Shown: positions 38,990 to 51,880, counted from the first letter of the whole stretch. The stretch is 63,545 bases of DNA, filler included, from Octopus bimaculoides (GCF_001194135.2; 5 parts of 5 records of this genome joined end to end with filler, not necessarily neighbours in it), one strand, 5' to 3'. A program made the numbers and translations. Notes: generated by a model from the sequence alone, not told the origin.

Positions 38990-39790
38990 TAAGACGTTGC
39001 ACAGTATCCAATGTCATGATGTGGTTGAATACAATGTCGTCATGTTGTTGATTGAAGATATTGTGTCTACTGAGGGTTTGTACTGTCTGTCAAGTCACAA
39101 CAAGAACCCCAGACAGGGAGTAGTTTATCCAATATGCGTGCAGTTCTAAGTAATGCCGATTTTTTAATGCACCTAGATTGTAGGGTATTTCAAAAGGTCT
39201 CCAGATGTTTCTTTTCAGATTGGGTGGTATTGAACCGAGTGCTCCGATGACAATAGGGACAACCTTTATGCTTGACTCTCAGCTGCCACATCTCAATTCT
39301 CAGGTCTCCATATTTATCAATCTTTTCTTTTTCTTTCATGATAATATGTTGATGTCCTGGCACTGTCACGTCGATTATTAGGCACTCTTGTTTGTTCCTC
39401 CTGAAGGTTGTTATATCCGGCCTTCGGTGCTCTAACACCTTATCTGCCTGGAAGTGAAAGTCCCAGAGGATTTTTGCCTTCCCCTATTCGTCCATTCCTT
39501 TTCCACTGTATGTTGGTACCAAGCACTCGTTACCTTGTTTTCATCCTTCCGACATATAGCCAGTGAAGATTTTGGGCTATCTTGTCGCGTCTCCGCTTGT
39601 ACTCTTTCTGTACAAGATTTTCACAAGTACTAACAATATGAGTCACGCTTTCGACCCTCTTCCCACCCATTCTGCAGAAGTACGTTGTTGCACTTTTGTT
39701 GTATATATTCCTTTTCATTGAGTTGGCATCCAATGCCTGATCCTGGGCAGCGATGATTAGGCTTTCGGTATTCTTTTCTACGTCACCCTT
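38990..39790 (-). mobile_element. R4/Dong-like LINE 3' fragment (restriction-like endonuclease)
   Basis: EKNTESLIIAAQDQAL, CRM...ESVTHIVSTC (CCHC knuckle), HRRPDI...CLIIDVTVP...KIDKYGDL and PIVIGALG. Confidence 0.85.
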
Positions 39791-39952
39791 GCTAAGCTAC
39801 CTCCAACTGACAAGCAAATCTGTGGTATTGAGCAGAATATTTGCTGTAGCCCATCTTTTAAACCAAGACAAAACAATGTACATGATAACATTTCTAATCA
39901 ATTATGTATGATCAGAAGCCATGAGAGCCCGTGCCTAGTACTGCATCCGGGC

Positions 39953-40000
<48 letters not shown>

Positions 40001-40005
40001 TACTG

Positions 40006-40055
<50 letters not shown>

Positions 40056-40094
40056 GATGCCGCTTCTGCTATCATTATTATTATTATTATTATT

Positions 40095-40521
40095 ATATGT
40101 TTGACTTTTGTTTTGCATTTGTACAAGTTGGATCCAAGTCTCACCCAGAGACNNNNNNNNNNACAGTTTTGTTCAAGTGAATGTTTAAGAAACCATAAGA
40201 GAATTATGTTTGCTTTAAAATTTGAGATCACATAGACAGTATTTTACGTAGGATATGGGCAGTTCCCATGAGCACTATCTTTTGGACTTCAGCCATTTTG
40301 GGGTTTCCTGGTATCTGAGCTAGGTAGTAATCAGCCCGTTTCGCTGTCATTCCCAGGGCACCTATGACAATAGGTATTGTTTTCGTCTTCAGATTCCACA
40401 TTTTGCTAATTTCTATTTCAAGATCTTTATATTTGCTCAGTTTTTGGTAGGTCTTGACAGATACGTTTATATCAATTGGGACAGTCATATCAATGAGGAG
40501 GCATGATTTTTGTCTGAAGTC
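40095..40521 (-). mobile_element. R4/Dong-like LINE 3' fragment flanked by (TAA)n on both sides
   Basis: CLLIDMTVPIDINVSVKTYQKLSKYKDLEIEISKMWNLKTKTIPIVIGALG...GTAHILRKILSM*. Confidence 0.88.
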
Positions 40522-40582
40522 ATTATTATTATTATTATTATTATTATTCTCATCATCGTTATTATTACTAGTATTATTATTA

Positions 40583-41554
40583 TATGAAATTTCACAGCTT
40601 TTATTTGCTGGGTATGATGGAAAGTGTCAGCTGTCCACAACAATCAGACTAAGGTGACATTTGTTTCAAGAACCCTGCGAAGAATTCTTGCGGTTCCATG
40701 CAATGCTGATATTTGTAAGTGTTCTACCTTCGCACTAGCGCCAATCTTTTTCAGCCATGATGGAAGTTGAGTGCTGATACTTCCAAGTGCACCAATTGCT
40801 ATTGGTATCACGTCTTCCCTTTCAATTGACAACAACCTTCGTATTTCCCACTTCAAATCATCGTACTTGTTTATTTCTTCTTCTTTCACATTGATCCAGT
40901 TGTAACCATGTCATGCTATGCCGTTTATCATACATGTTCTTTCCTTTTTATTCACCACAACAATGTCCGGTTTCTGTTGTCTGGTCGGGTGATCATTGCA
41001 TCCCACAGGATTTTGCAGTTCTCATTTTCGGAGACTCTTTCTGGAGTTATCTCGTACTACGTCTTTCTTCTCTCCCACCCTTTCTTCTGGACAAGTACGG
41101 CCTATCAGTGTCACTCTTATGGTGGAAGGCTCCGTGTACTGTCAACATTTTACTGGTCTTGGTATCCATGTTTTTTCACGTCTCTTTTTTGCCATTTTAT
41201 AATTTCTGCTCTATATCGAAATTATGCAATTGTCCACGTATTAACTGCTTGGATTTTATTCCAGCCAGTCAATTTTGAGCGCAATACCAACCTCAGTCTT
41301 CGGAGATACTCCATCCTTAGTTGCTCTTTCATTTCCTTTTCCATTATCTCGTTGAACTCTAGTACATCAAGGTATTTGTATCCTCCCGTTTCAATTTGTT
41401 TAATCAGGTCTCTGTTCGGTAATTCTATCCCTGATAGGGACTGTACCTTCTCTCTTTTTAGGTAGATTATTCCGCACTTCTTGAGTCCAAGTTCCATTCT
41501 AATAACAGTATTAAAATAGTGGACCGTATTCACCAAGAAACGCACATGAGTCTC
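40583..41554 (-). mobile_element. R4/Dong-like LINE fragment (RT end and endonuclease, internally deleted) flanked by (TAA)n
   Basis: MELGLKKC...GYKYLDVLE...EYLRRLRLVLRSKLTGWNKIQAVNTW; KILWD; KYDDLKWEIRRL...IPIAIGALG...GTARILRRVLE. Confidence 0.88.
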
Positions 41555-41570
41555 ATTATTATTATTATTA

Positions 41571-42270
41571 CTGCTTCGAGATAAACTCTATAGGCACGGA
41601 TGTGCTGTCAGACGGGCTTGACTGAGATGTGCGCAGAGTGACGAAACCGTTCTGCATGCACTCGTTCAGTGTCTAATCATTGCAGACTTGTGGAATTATG
41701 TCGAACAGCGGCTATCACGTGTTGGACGGTTCAGTATATCGGCCGAGTCTCTAGAGATGATTGCCCACCTCACGTCCTCCTTCAATCGAGCAGGAAAGGC
41801 AGTTTTCCTTTGCCTGGTGGTTGTGCCGAAAGAGGTTGCTTGGTGGACAAGGCTAAAATGCATGAGGACAGATACATTCCACTTTGGTAGAGATTTTATT
41901 GACTTCTTCAAGTCTTACTTGAAAAAAAAGTTGTGAGTGCTGAGGGAAGTGCTGTCCGTGAGTGAGTTTATTGAAAGTTGGGTGAAAGTTGCGAAAATGG
42001 CAAGAGTGGGCAGACCTCACTAAGTGTAGACCTGTGAGTCGGAGAGAAGGAATTGGAGAGAGGTCATCCTCTATCAGGTGGTCTACATCTCTATCATCCT
42101 CTCCGAACCGTTTCAACCTTTATATACGATGTATATCTTCCTTCTTTTTCATTGTAGACCGTGTATACTTACATTTTTTTCTATCATTTCATTATATGTA
42201 AACCTCCACACGTTATGGCTGTCTTTGTATTGTCCCCCTCATCCTTCTCCTTGGTGGCAAATAAATGAAA
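41571..42270 (+). mobile_element. Tx1/L1-like LINE 3' end
   Basis: LRDKLYRHG...RCAQSDETVLHALVQC (C-terminal CCHC finger)...FFKSYLKKKL, followed by a 3' UTR ending near AATAAA. Confidence 0.75.
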
Positions 42271-43498
42271 TCATTATTGTTGTTGTTGTTGTTGTTGTTT
42301 TTGTTGTTGTTGCCGCTGTTGTTGTTGCTGCTACTGCTACTGCTACTGCTGCTCTTGTTTCCTACTAATGCGCCAGACATGTTTTACAAGTCGCTCTCGG
42401 AAATATAACATTTTACTAGAGGAAATAGTGTTTTGCCAAAGAGACTTACATGGACATAACTTCGCACAGTTAGAAATCTCTTCTTACAGGAGTTGAGAAA
42501 GAAAAAAAAATAAGGTTTGCGTTTTATTTTGCGAGTAAATTATATTTTTCCTCTCATAAATCCGACTAAAATTGACCATGAATATTTCACTTGAGGCTCC
42601 AACATACCATACGAAGATTGTAACAAACAATACAAATAATACACAATAAGATAGAGTGCTAATTTAATTGAAAGGCAAAATAATAAAATACTCGAAAGAA
42701 AGAAAATGCATACACAGGCATTTCAACTATGCCAAGTAGATATTTAGTCAACAACAGCAACAGTATTCATGCACTATCACTGCGGTTATTAACACGAACA
42801 ATGATAAATTTATTTTGTTTGTGTTCTCTCGGATAGGAAATTCACGATACGAAACATTTCCTCAAAAAGATCGAAAGCTTGGAAACATGTTTTGTCCCAG
42901 ACTGAGGCTATCCTTCTGGAGTAAATACAATAAATTGCAGAAACTGCGAGAGGAAAAAAATGTATCACAAAAATAGAATAAGTCGTGGGGGATCTGTTTC
43001 CATCCAAATATAGATTGAACACTGGTTTTGGAGGCAGCTATTTTAAGTAAAATTCTCTTCAAACTGAGCAGAGAAGCGAGGATTAAATGAAACAACGCTA
43101 AGAGAAATAACAACATTCACAACATTAACTTGTACAACTGCAACATCGCGGTTGGCAAATCAATTACTAATGGTATTATTAACGAGTATCGAACACAGGG
43201 TTAAATTTCTTTATCGTTGTAAGGGTTGAAGATTGCCAGAAACTTCCTAAATAAGTTCGAAAACTAATGTTCTGAACAGTGCCTTGGCAAATCCAAGAGG
43301 AACAAAAAATCACAATAAATGTATAGGGTTGATGTCCTATAGAGTTAAATAGAATACCAGTTGTGTACTGGGCTCAATAGAATCGAATAACACCCTTCTC
43401 ATCGAAATTGTTGGCCTGGGCCTAAATCAGAAGCTATTAATTTTGCAACACAGTTGCTTTTTTGTTCCACATTTATTATTTTCTTTAAAAATCAGTCA

Positions 43499-43561
<63 letters not shown>

Positions 43562-44059
43562 NNNNNNNNNNNNNNNNNNNNNNNNNNNNNNNNNNNNNNN
43601 NNNNNTTAATTAATTAANNNNNNNNNNNNNNNNNNNNNNNNNNNNNNNNNNNNNNNNNNNNTATATATATATAATATATATATATATATGTATAATATAT
43701 ATATATATAAAATATATATATAAATTTAAAGTATATTTCGTTAGGAACGTATTAGAGTAGAAAATAGAGCTCGTTCACACTTAGAATTACCAAATAGCCG
43801 GTTGGATGTGTTAGCATCAAAGCCAAAGATTTGCTTATGGGGACTGCGATTATATATCACCTGAGGAGATACAACTGGATCCCATTATACAGGTAAACCG
43901 TTGCTTAATTAAAATCCTGTGTATATGTGGGTCTATGTTGTATCGAAACATGTGTAGCGTTTATTAAATAGTTGTCTAAACGTACTCCTTCCTGTTGACT
44001 CTATTTATTCAATTTATATATATCGTCGCACTCGCCCGCCACTAATTCTCTATATGATG

Positions 44060-44635
44060 GCTAAAGTGGATCATCCGCCGATCCCATTGCCTCTTGACTC
44101 GAGACTGCAGCTTCGTCAAGGAGACGAGCTGCAGAAAGATGTGCATCACAAATGGAACCTATAGACATTCATTGTCTAGAAACCGTTGCATGTGTCTGCG
44201 CATCAGAAGCCACAGCATGCCTAAGCCGCCACTCACATGGTGCTGGCAGCAGACTGACCGTTTGAACATTGGAACAAAAAATTAAATAAGAGACACTCCT
44301 TCCTGGTCAAGCAGTAACCGGGGAAAGGCATGACAGTCAGTCCAGCATCCGACGATGCAGTTTGACGCATTCGACCTGTCTCTCCAGGTGTGATTTTAGC
44401 TCCTACAACCGACTTATATTCCTTTAGAATGGTGCCGACCGTCTTCACTTCGAAGGCGTCCGACACCATGACTATGACATCGTCCGCATACGCAGACACT
44501 TCCCTTTTGTGTCCCAGTCCAAGAGGGCTGCTCCTCGACTGTTCCAACTTCTGCAGCAGCGGCTTGAGAGCTAACACGTACAGAAGAGTTGACAGCAGGC
44601 AGCCCTGATATGGAGCAGGGGTAATCGCATGGACA
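44060..44635 (-). mobile_element. Tx1/L1-like RT fragment
   Basis: QGCLLSTLLYVLALKPLLQKL...SAYADDVIVMV...LKEYKSVVGAKI, and further downstream VCCQH..SGGLGM.WL.MRRH. Confidence 0.8.
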
Positions 44636-44655
44636 GTAGACGGACTAAGCAGCTT

Positions 44656-44812
44656 AGATAGAAAGACAAGAAAGTTGGTGACTAGATATGAGATACACCA
44701 CTCAAAGAGTGACACAGACAGACTGTATGTACCAAGAAAAAGAGGAGGAAGAGGACTGATTGGATTCGAACACAGCATTAAGGCAGAAGAAAACAACATA
44801 GCATTTTATGTA
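44656..44812 (+). mobile_element. R4/Dong-like RT thumb fragment
   Basis: QLDRKTRKLVTRYEIHHSKSDTDRLYVPRKRGGRGLIG. Confidence 0.8.
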
Positions 44813-45013
44813 AAAAAAAAAAAAATGCCACATAACCGCTATTATACTCAATAACAGAAAGCGCAACTCGAAAGTAACTTATTTATTGATCCTTTGAACA
44901 ATGACAATATTTCGACATCTCGTGTGTTGGCCGTAGTGATGGATTACGTCAGCTATGTTTACCTTAGTGATGGAATTTGGCAATCGTATACAAAAGTTAA
45001 GAACTCATCTTTC

Positions 45014-45092
<79 letters not shown>

Positions 45093-45102
45093 CAACAACA
45101 AC

Positions 45103-45177
<75 letters not shown>

Positions 45178-45186
45178 ACTAACAAC
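45014..45186. repeat. (AAT)n/(AAC)n microsatellite
   Basis: Read directly. Confidence 0.95.
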
Positions 45187-45722
45187 AAAGAGATATGGAA
45201 AATACAAAGAAATATTAAACAGTGGGTTTTAGTGTTGGGTAAACAGACAATTTAGAAAAGAACGATGGAAGGGGTAAAAACCGCTATAACATATATAATC
45301 TGATGAATTAATTTATAAAAGAAAAGTTTTACATGGAAGTAAATAAAAAAGTGTGATAAAGCAATAATTAAAACATAATATTCATATAAAACTTAAACTT
45401 CCACTTACGTTGATCAGGGCACCCCATATTCCTAATCATGCTTCAATCATGTTACCCTCTTGTATTATTCATGGCTGGGGATTCTAAACACTTCTCTGAA
45501 GAGACTTTGTTTTATGCAGAGCAAGTGAGGACCACGTCTCCTGGATCATTAAACTTTTTCCTATTATTCTTATCATGCTGAAAATGTAAGCCCATTTCCT
45601 TCTCGATGTGTACATTATTTGGATATGCTTTGTGTAATGCATAACCAGTAAATCCCGGTTATGCATTACAATCAAAAAAACTAATTTCTAGTCATAATCC
45701 TAAATAGAAAGGCGTCTTATAG

Positions 45723-45900
45723 TGTTATCCACGATAGTCTTGACTCAATGTACGTTATTCCAAATGACCGTTCTCTCTCTTCCTTTCCTGTCAAATGCAC
45801 ATGGTCTTTATATCAAGGGAAGTCACTCGAATCCTAGCACAATTTGCATAACAGTTACAAATCGCTATTATAAATTGAACAACATATAATTTGCATAACA
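45723..45900 (-). mobile_element. Putative 3' LTR (178 bp) of the Ty3/gypsy element
   Basis: The minus strand starts TGTTATG immediately after the purine tract AGGAGGGAGTGAA and ends GATAACA, giving terminal inverted TGTTAT/ATAACA. No partner LTR was seen. Confidence 0.6.
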
Positions 45901-47610
45901 TTCACTCCCTCCTAGAAAGAGAAAGAAAGAAAAAATCATTGATCAAGCCTTTCTGGGGCTTTCCGAATCCTTTGAGATCGAGGCAGCTAAGGGGATTCTT
46001 CTTTTTGTTCTTGACGGTTATCTCTAGGAGGAGAAATTTCAGTTGGCTCTCTGTCTGGCTCTTGAGGGACAAATGTTTGGGTTAAGTTAACAGTTGGGTT
46101 AATCTTTCTTGGTGATGCCAATTGTTTTGTGGATACTGTGGTTTCGCGACCGTCTGGGTAACAGACGTGAGCGTATTGGGAGTTGGCTTCGATTAAATCA
46201 ACTTGATCCACGATAGGGTCATACTTGTTAGTGCGATTGTTCCTTTGAACAAGCGCAGGTTCTGGGTTAAGAATCCATGTTGGGATAGATGTTCCTGTTG
46301 CTGAACGTCTTTGATAGTTAAAAAGACGTTCATGAGGAGTGGCATTAGTGGACGTACAAAGTAGAGATCTGATTGAATGCAACGCGTCTGGAAAAACTGT
46401 TTCCCATAAAGATACTGGAAGGGCACGAGTTTTCAAAGAGAGTAGTACTGATTTCCAAATAATATCATTATATCTTTCTACTTGACTGTTCCCAGTGGGA
46501 TTGCACAGTGTTGTCCTACTTGTTGCAATGCCCTTACTGAGGAGTCATTCTCTCAATCTTGTAGACACAAAGGCAGTTCCACGATCGGAATGTACATAAC
46601 TGGGCATACCAAAAACTGAGAACAAGTCTGTAAGACTCTTTAGTACAGTCTTAGCCGATGTGTCCGATACTGGATAACCAAACGGAAACCGAGAGTATTC
46701 GTCAAGGATTGTTAGGAGATAAGGATGTTTCGTGGAAGGAATCGGACCTTTGAAATCGATGGAAATTCGCTCGAAGGGCTGCATGGCCTTAATTAAGTCA
46801 ATTGAGTTTGGTTTATGATATTGTAGTTTCACTTCTTGATATATAGAGCAATTCCTACATATTTGTTTCACGTTCTCTAACGAATGTGGAAGATTTCTAC
46901 TGCGGACGAAATGATGAAGGCGTACAACACCAGGATGGCACAGTGCTGTATGTAACTCATAAAGTGAATGTGAATTGATTGTTGAACAGCGTACCCTCGT
47001 GAATGCATCCGGAGCGATGTTGCTGGATCCTGGACAATAGTGAATATCATATGATTATGGAGATAACGCAATGCGCCATCTCATAATCTTATCATTTTTA
47101 ATTTTGCACGTCGCTTTATAATTATGCATGAATGCAATAGAACGGTGATCAGTAATTAATGTAAAATGTCTACCTAGAAGAAAGTGTCTCCAATTATGAA
47201 CCGATTCGATAACTGCTTCCTTTTCAACTGAGGAGTGGTACTATTCGCTACCTTGTAGCGTGCGAGAATGGAATGCGACTGGTCTTCCATCTTGATTTAG
47301 TGTCGCAGATATAGCAAAATCCGAAGCATCCGTCTCAACAGTAAATAGAATGTTTTCATCTATTACTTGAATGGCAGCATTGGCGAGTCCTACCTTTAAT
47401 GACTCAAATGCTTTTACTTGTTGGCTGTTTAGAGGAAATTTTAATACGTTATTGAGAAGATATATTTTGTCAGAAAATTTGGAGATCCACTTAGCATAAT
47501 AAGAAAACATACCGACTATTCGTTTTAATGGTTTCTGGTCAGTTGGTATTGGAAGATTAGAAGTGGAGCAAGCCTTTCTGTGTGAGATACAGTATCCAAG
47601 AATTTGCATA
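45901..47610 (-). mobile_element. Ty3/gypsy pol remnant: RT end, RNase H and integrase
   Basis: ILGY...IVGMFSYYAKWI; ETDASDFAISATLNQDGRPVAFHSRTL; H...HPG...C..C zinc finger; ERISIDFKGP...LTILDEYSRFPF...VHSDRG...GNSQVERYN. The RT-RH-IN order is that of Ty3/gypsy. Confidence 0.92.
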
Positions 47611-49066
47611 ACACTTTGTGTATATCATACAGGAGTAATGAAGTTTCATTACAGGTTTGTTGTTCTTGCAGACTGTTGTGAATTTAATTTCGTTCGTGTC
47701 TGAAGTCGATTCCACCTAAGAGAAAATTGGTCACCCTTCGTCAGATATGGGTTCTTCCTCTGTTAATAGAATTACTTCTTCATAAAAGCTGTACCTCACC
47801 TCGCATTTTTATGCAACATAGCTACCTAATGTCTTAGGAAGGAATTCATTTATAAGTGCTCTGTTACTATTAATACTGAAAAATTTCATTATATAGAGGT
47901 CATTTGTCTCAATTTATATAGAGGTCATGTTGTCTCAATTTAAACATGTCCTTTCATTCAAGAACCTAAATAAATGCAAATCTACATATGTGGTCCAATT
48001 GATATGGTACATAAAAATAAATGAAGTCCCATAAAAAATTTTTGGTCTGTGATAAGAACCGTATTTCTTTACATGGGTAAAGAAGCACTTAAAGTTATAA
48101 ACAAACCATAGGGATCAGGTAAAGAAAAGTAACGAGATTTTAATTATGTGCCCGTACAAATACAATGAGATTGTTTGTAAGATTTCTTTAGCGTATGTTT
48201 TTTCTTCTTAATGAGTCTTAAATCTTAATATCTTAAATTTTAATATCGTTTCATGACATTACGGCTCCTTCTCAACAACGTACTATTTAGTTAATTAAAT
48301 TAGTAAAAAGAATATAGGATTTCGAACTTACTCAAATACATGCCCGCCAAGTTCATATGATCCTTGTTCGATCTTCCATCTGATTGTGATCAGTTAATAA
48401 TCTATACCCTATATGTTCTATCATTATGCTCTGTATACTTTATTCTTATTTCCCATATGCACATATTTTCAATTCCAAACACAAGTACTGCTCATGTCAT
48501 AATAGGACTTGATATTCTTACTGATATTTTTCTCATATTGTCTTTTAAAGTTATATATTTATATTGTTTATATTTACTTATTTGTATGTTTTGACATTAT
48601 TTTATATTTTAATATTCTTGTATTTTGTATACTTGTAAATTGTTAATAAATGTATATTTGTATATTTTTTATTATTTATGCGTATATATATCTATATCCC
48701 GATATTTAATAGCCTTGTATGTTATATTTATATATCCTATAATATACGACGTTTCGCTCATTATTTTATTCGCTTATATTGTTATATTAATATGTTACGT
48801 TTTATTATGTTGATTTATTTTATACCATTGTAACATCTCTAATCGTTGCATCACTAAAACATTTTCCTTTGAACTTCTGTATATGCCATCCGAGTAGCGT
48901 CGGCGCGCATGTTAATTCCTCCCCCACTACTATAGAACCCACCTTTTACTTGGAGATCATAACTGTATTCTTCACAACCAATCGAAATTTTGTCTAAACA
49001 CTTTTGTAATAACAATTATTTACAAACTATCAGTTTTTAATTTTAAGCATTTTGCATTTAACTTTA

Positions 49067-49716
49067 GGATCTATTTCAAAACGGGGGCACCAGTTTTCAT
49101 TTATGTTTTATGTAGTGTTTTTGGTACCGAAAGACTTTCAAACTTCGTATACTTATCTATTTTGTGTTATAGAACAGAAAAAAATTTTTGTATTCGAATT
49201 TATTTCATGTAAAAAAATTGTCTTATTTCGATAATTTCTACTAATCACTGACGTCTATTCAGTTGAAAACAGTTAGCGCTGTAACGGTGTATATCGTATT
49301 AATCCCCTAACCCTAACTAGACTGTTAACCCTAACCCTAACCCTAAAACTAACCCTAACTCTAGAATCCGAACTCTAAAATTGTTACACACACAGATACG
49401 CACAGCGTAATTTATTATATAAACAATATATGCGTATAAATTACGATTAAACCGGATGAAATATGTCACAGGGAATAACATTTTTATGACCGCCCAGCAG
49501 TAACTCTATGCAGCTGAATAGACGTCAGTGATTGGTTGAAATTACAGAAATACGACAACTTTAACATGGAATAACTTGCGATGTACGTTTTTTTGTTAAG
49601 AAGACTAAGAGTAAAAGATGTTTTATATGACACATTCTACCAATGTCCCAAGTTTCAAAGTGTTTCGTTAGTGTTTCGTTAAGAAAATATTGGTGCCCCC
49701 GTTTTGAAATAGATCC
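49067..49716. mobile_element. Merlin-type MITE (650 bp) with telomere-like core
   Basis: Perfect 26-bp TIR GGATCTATTTCAAAACGGGGGCACCA and 8-bp TSD TAACTTTA (49059-49066 and 49717-49724). Further internal inverted homology around CAATCACTGACGTCTATTCAG, and CCCTAA units at 49305-49360. GG termini with an 8-9 bp TSD fit Merlin. Confidence 0.75.
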
Positions 49717-50984
49717 TAACTTTATTTTGTTATTATTAACTGTAGTGTTTAAATCTCAGTACTCGGAGATAAACTATCCAATGGTTTTGAAGGTTTCACT
49801 TATTTACCTTTTCATTCTTATATTATTCCTTATTTCAATTTATGTTCTTTAGCCCTAAATTCTAAGAAGTTTTCAACCTTAATACTTGACGCTATATTTG
49901 TGAGTTTTATGTCTAAATTTCATTTCGAGATATATTCATGTCTTAACTACAAGTCCTTCGCAGGATTTCATTGATTTTAGACTATCTGGTGTATCTGTTT
50001 CAGCACTTACGGTTTTCTCAGTCACATAACTGGTATCCCTGCCTTCATATATTCCCTTATTGCTCATCCGTGATCCCTGAAACTGATTATGGTTATTGTT
50101 TCAACATGAGTCTTAATCTCATACACATAACATGTTTCAGGTATTTTGTTGTTTTGGAGAGTTATTACGCCAATAACAATCATAATAATAACACACGCAC
50201 AGGTTCACTTACACTTCTTTATTGTTAGTCAATTGGTTAAATATGTAGCCAACAAACTAATCGACCTTTTGCTTAAGGTGTTGGTTAAATAGATAAGCTC
50301 TTTCGTCGCTTGTCGCAATCTTTTCAGCGACTCGGTGAACTCTGACCCGCTCGCTCAAAGATCTTCACTTCGTCACATGAATCCATTCTTACAACCTTGT
50401 CTACGATTTTCCATTTACCTTTATTCTATAATTGTTTTATTTTTATTCGTTTTCTTATTTTCATTTTCATCATCATCATCAGCAGCAGCAACAATATCGT
50501 GGTTATAACCATGTCTCTTGTTCCACTTCTCTTAATTCTATTATTATTATCATTATTATTATTATTGAGTGAGAGAGTAGCGCATGCTCTCAAAGTGAAA
50601 CTGGGGTACAATTTTACGAAGCCTAATATACCCATCATGACTACCCGTCAGGTAAGGTTACATGAGGCACATGCATTAGAACCATATGTGCATGACATGA
50701 TGATCTCATATCAAGATAAACAACGCTTGACCTTGTAGGTGGGTCCCAGTTAGAATTTTCTTCAGTTTGACATAAGATATACGAAGCTTAAGAAATTAAG
50801 CTGAAGATTGTGGATGGAAAGCCTTTGATCATAGACCTGTTGGATCATGGCTGGCCTGTCCCTAAGCAATAACATATTTGTTCTCATCCAGGTACCTGAT
50901 TGCGGAGAACTCCATTGTAACCAAAGATGCTGCACATGCACACAAGGAGTGTAACCACTACTTGTTCTATAATTGTTTGTTTTC

Positions 50985-51170
50985 ATAACAGGTGGGACTC
51001 AAGCTCAACAAATTGAAAATATCTGGGCATCTTTAAAGCGTGGAAACAAACGCCGATGTGGAATTCACATGTTCCATGATTGACTCATCTTTGTGAATTT
51101 ATGTGGAGAAAGAAATATGAGAAAGATAATTTATTTTATAAAATCCTAGAGTGTACTGCAAACATTCGTT
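50985..51170 (+). pseudogene. Merlin/IS1595-family transposase C-terminal remnant
   Basis: ITGGTQAQQIENIWASLKRGNKRRCGIH, then after frameshifts SMIDS and LCEFMWRKKYEKDNLFYKILECTANI. This resembles the remembered TG.HTQ.IE..W and SYL.EF.WR motifs. Confidence 0.65.
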
Positions 51171-51591
51171 CTTGGATGTTTTTTTTTTTACTAATAAACG
51201 TCTGTTTTAAGCAATGTTTTGACTGTTATTTCTAGCAACTCCTGTTGGTTTGCTCGTAGCTCTTAAAAATTTAATTTGCTCGCGAATGTTTTGACATGCC
51301 AGTGCCCCCTCCCCGCCCTGATGATGGAAGATGCAGAGAACGCGCTGTTTTCTGATCGGCTGAAAATTCTGAAAATTATCAAACTTTGAACACCTGTAAC
51401 ATTTCCACAAAATTTTTCTGAAAAAAATGAATAACAAATTCGGATTCAGCGTCAAAAGTTACATCTATATGATATATTAAAATTTTTCTTAACGATTTTG
51501 ACATACAGTGACGAAAACCACAATAATCCAGAAACGGTGATAGAAAAACAATGTATGTGGATTAAAGGTTCAACATGAGGAAATGTGTGTG

Positions 51592-51880
51592 TTTGCCAAA
51601 CCACTAAGTTACGGAGACCTAAACACACAAACACCGGTGTTAATCGGTGATGGGGACAAACACAAACACACATACACACAAAAACACCACATATATACAT
51701 ATGTGTGTGTGAGGTGTGTATGTGACAGGCTTCTTTCAGTTTCCGACTACCAAATCTACTCACAAAGCTTAGGTTGGCCCGAGCCTATAGTAGAAGATAC
51801 TTGCTCAAGGTGCCACGCAGTGAGACTGAACCCGGAACCATGTGATTAGGAAGGAAGCTTTTTACCACACAGCCATGCCT
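51592..51880 (-). mobile_element. SINE family A, 3'-truncated copy
   Basis: Matches 18739-19346 over the head and core. Confidence 0.75.

Noticed and set aside
42810-43116. Hydrophobic ORFs superficially like membrane-protein or GPCR fragments
   Set aside because: Short, no recognisable motif, and no convincing splice sites.
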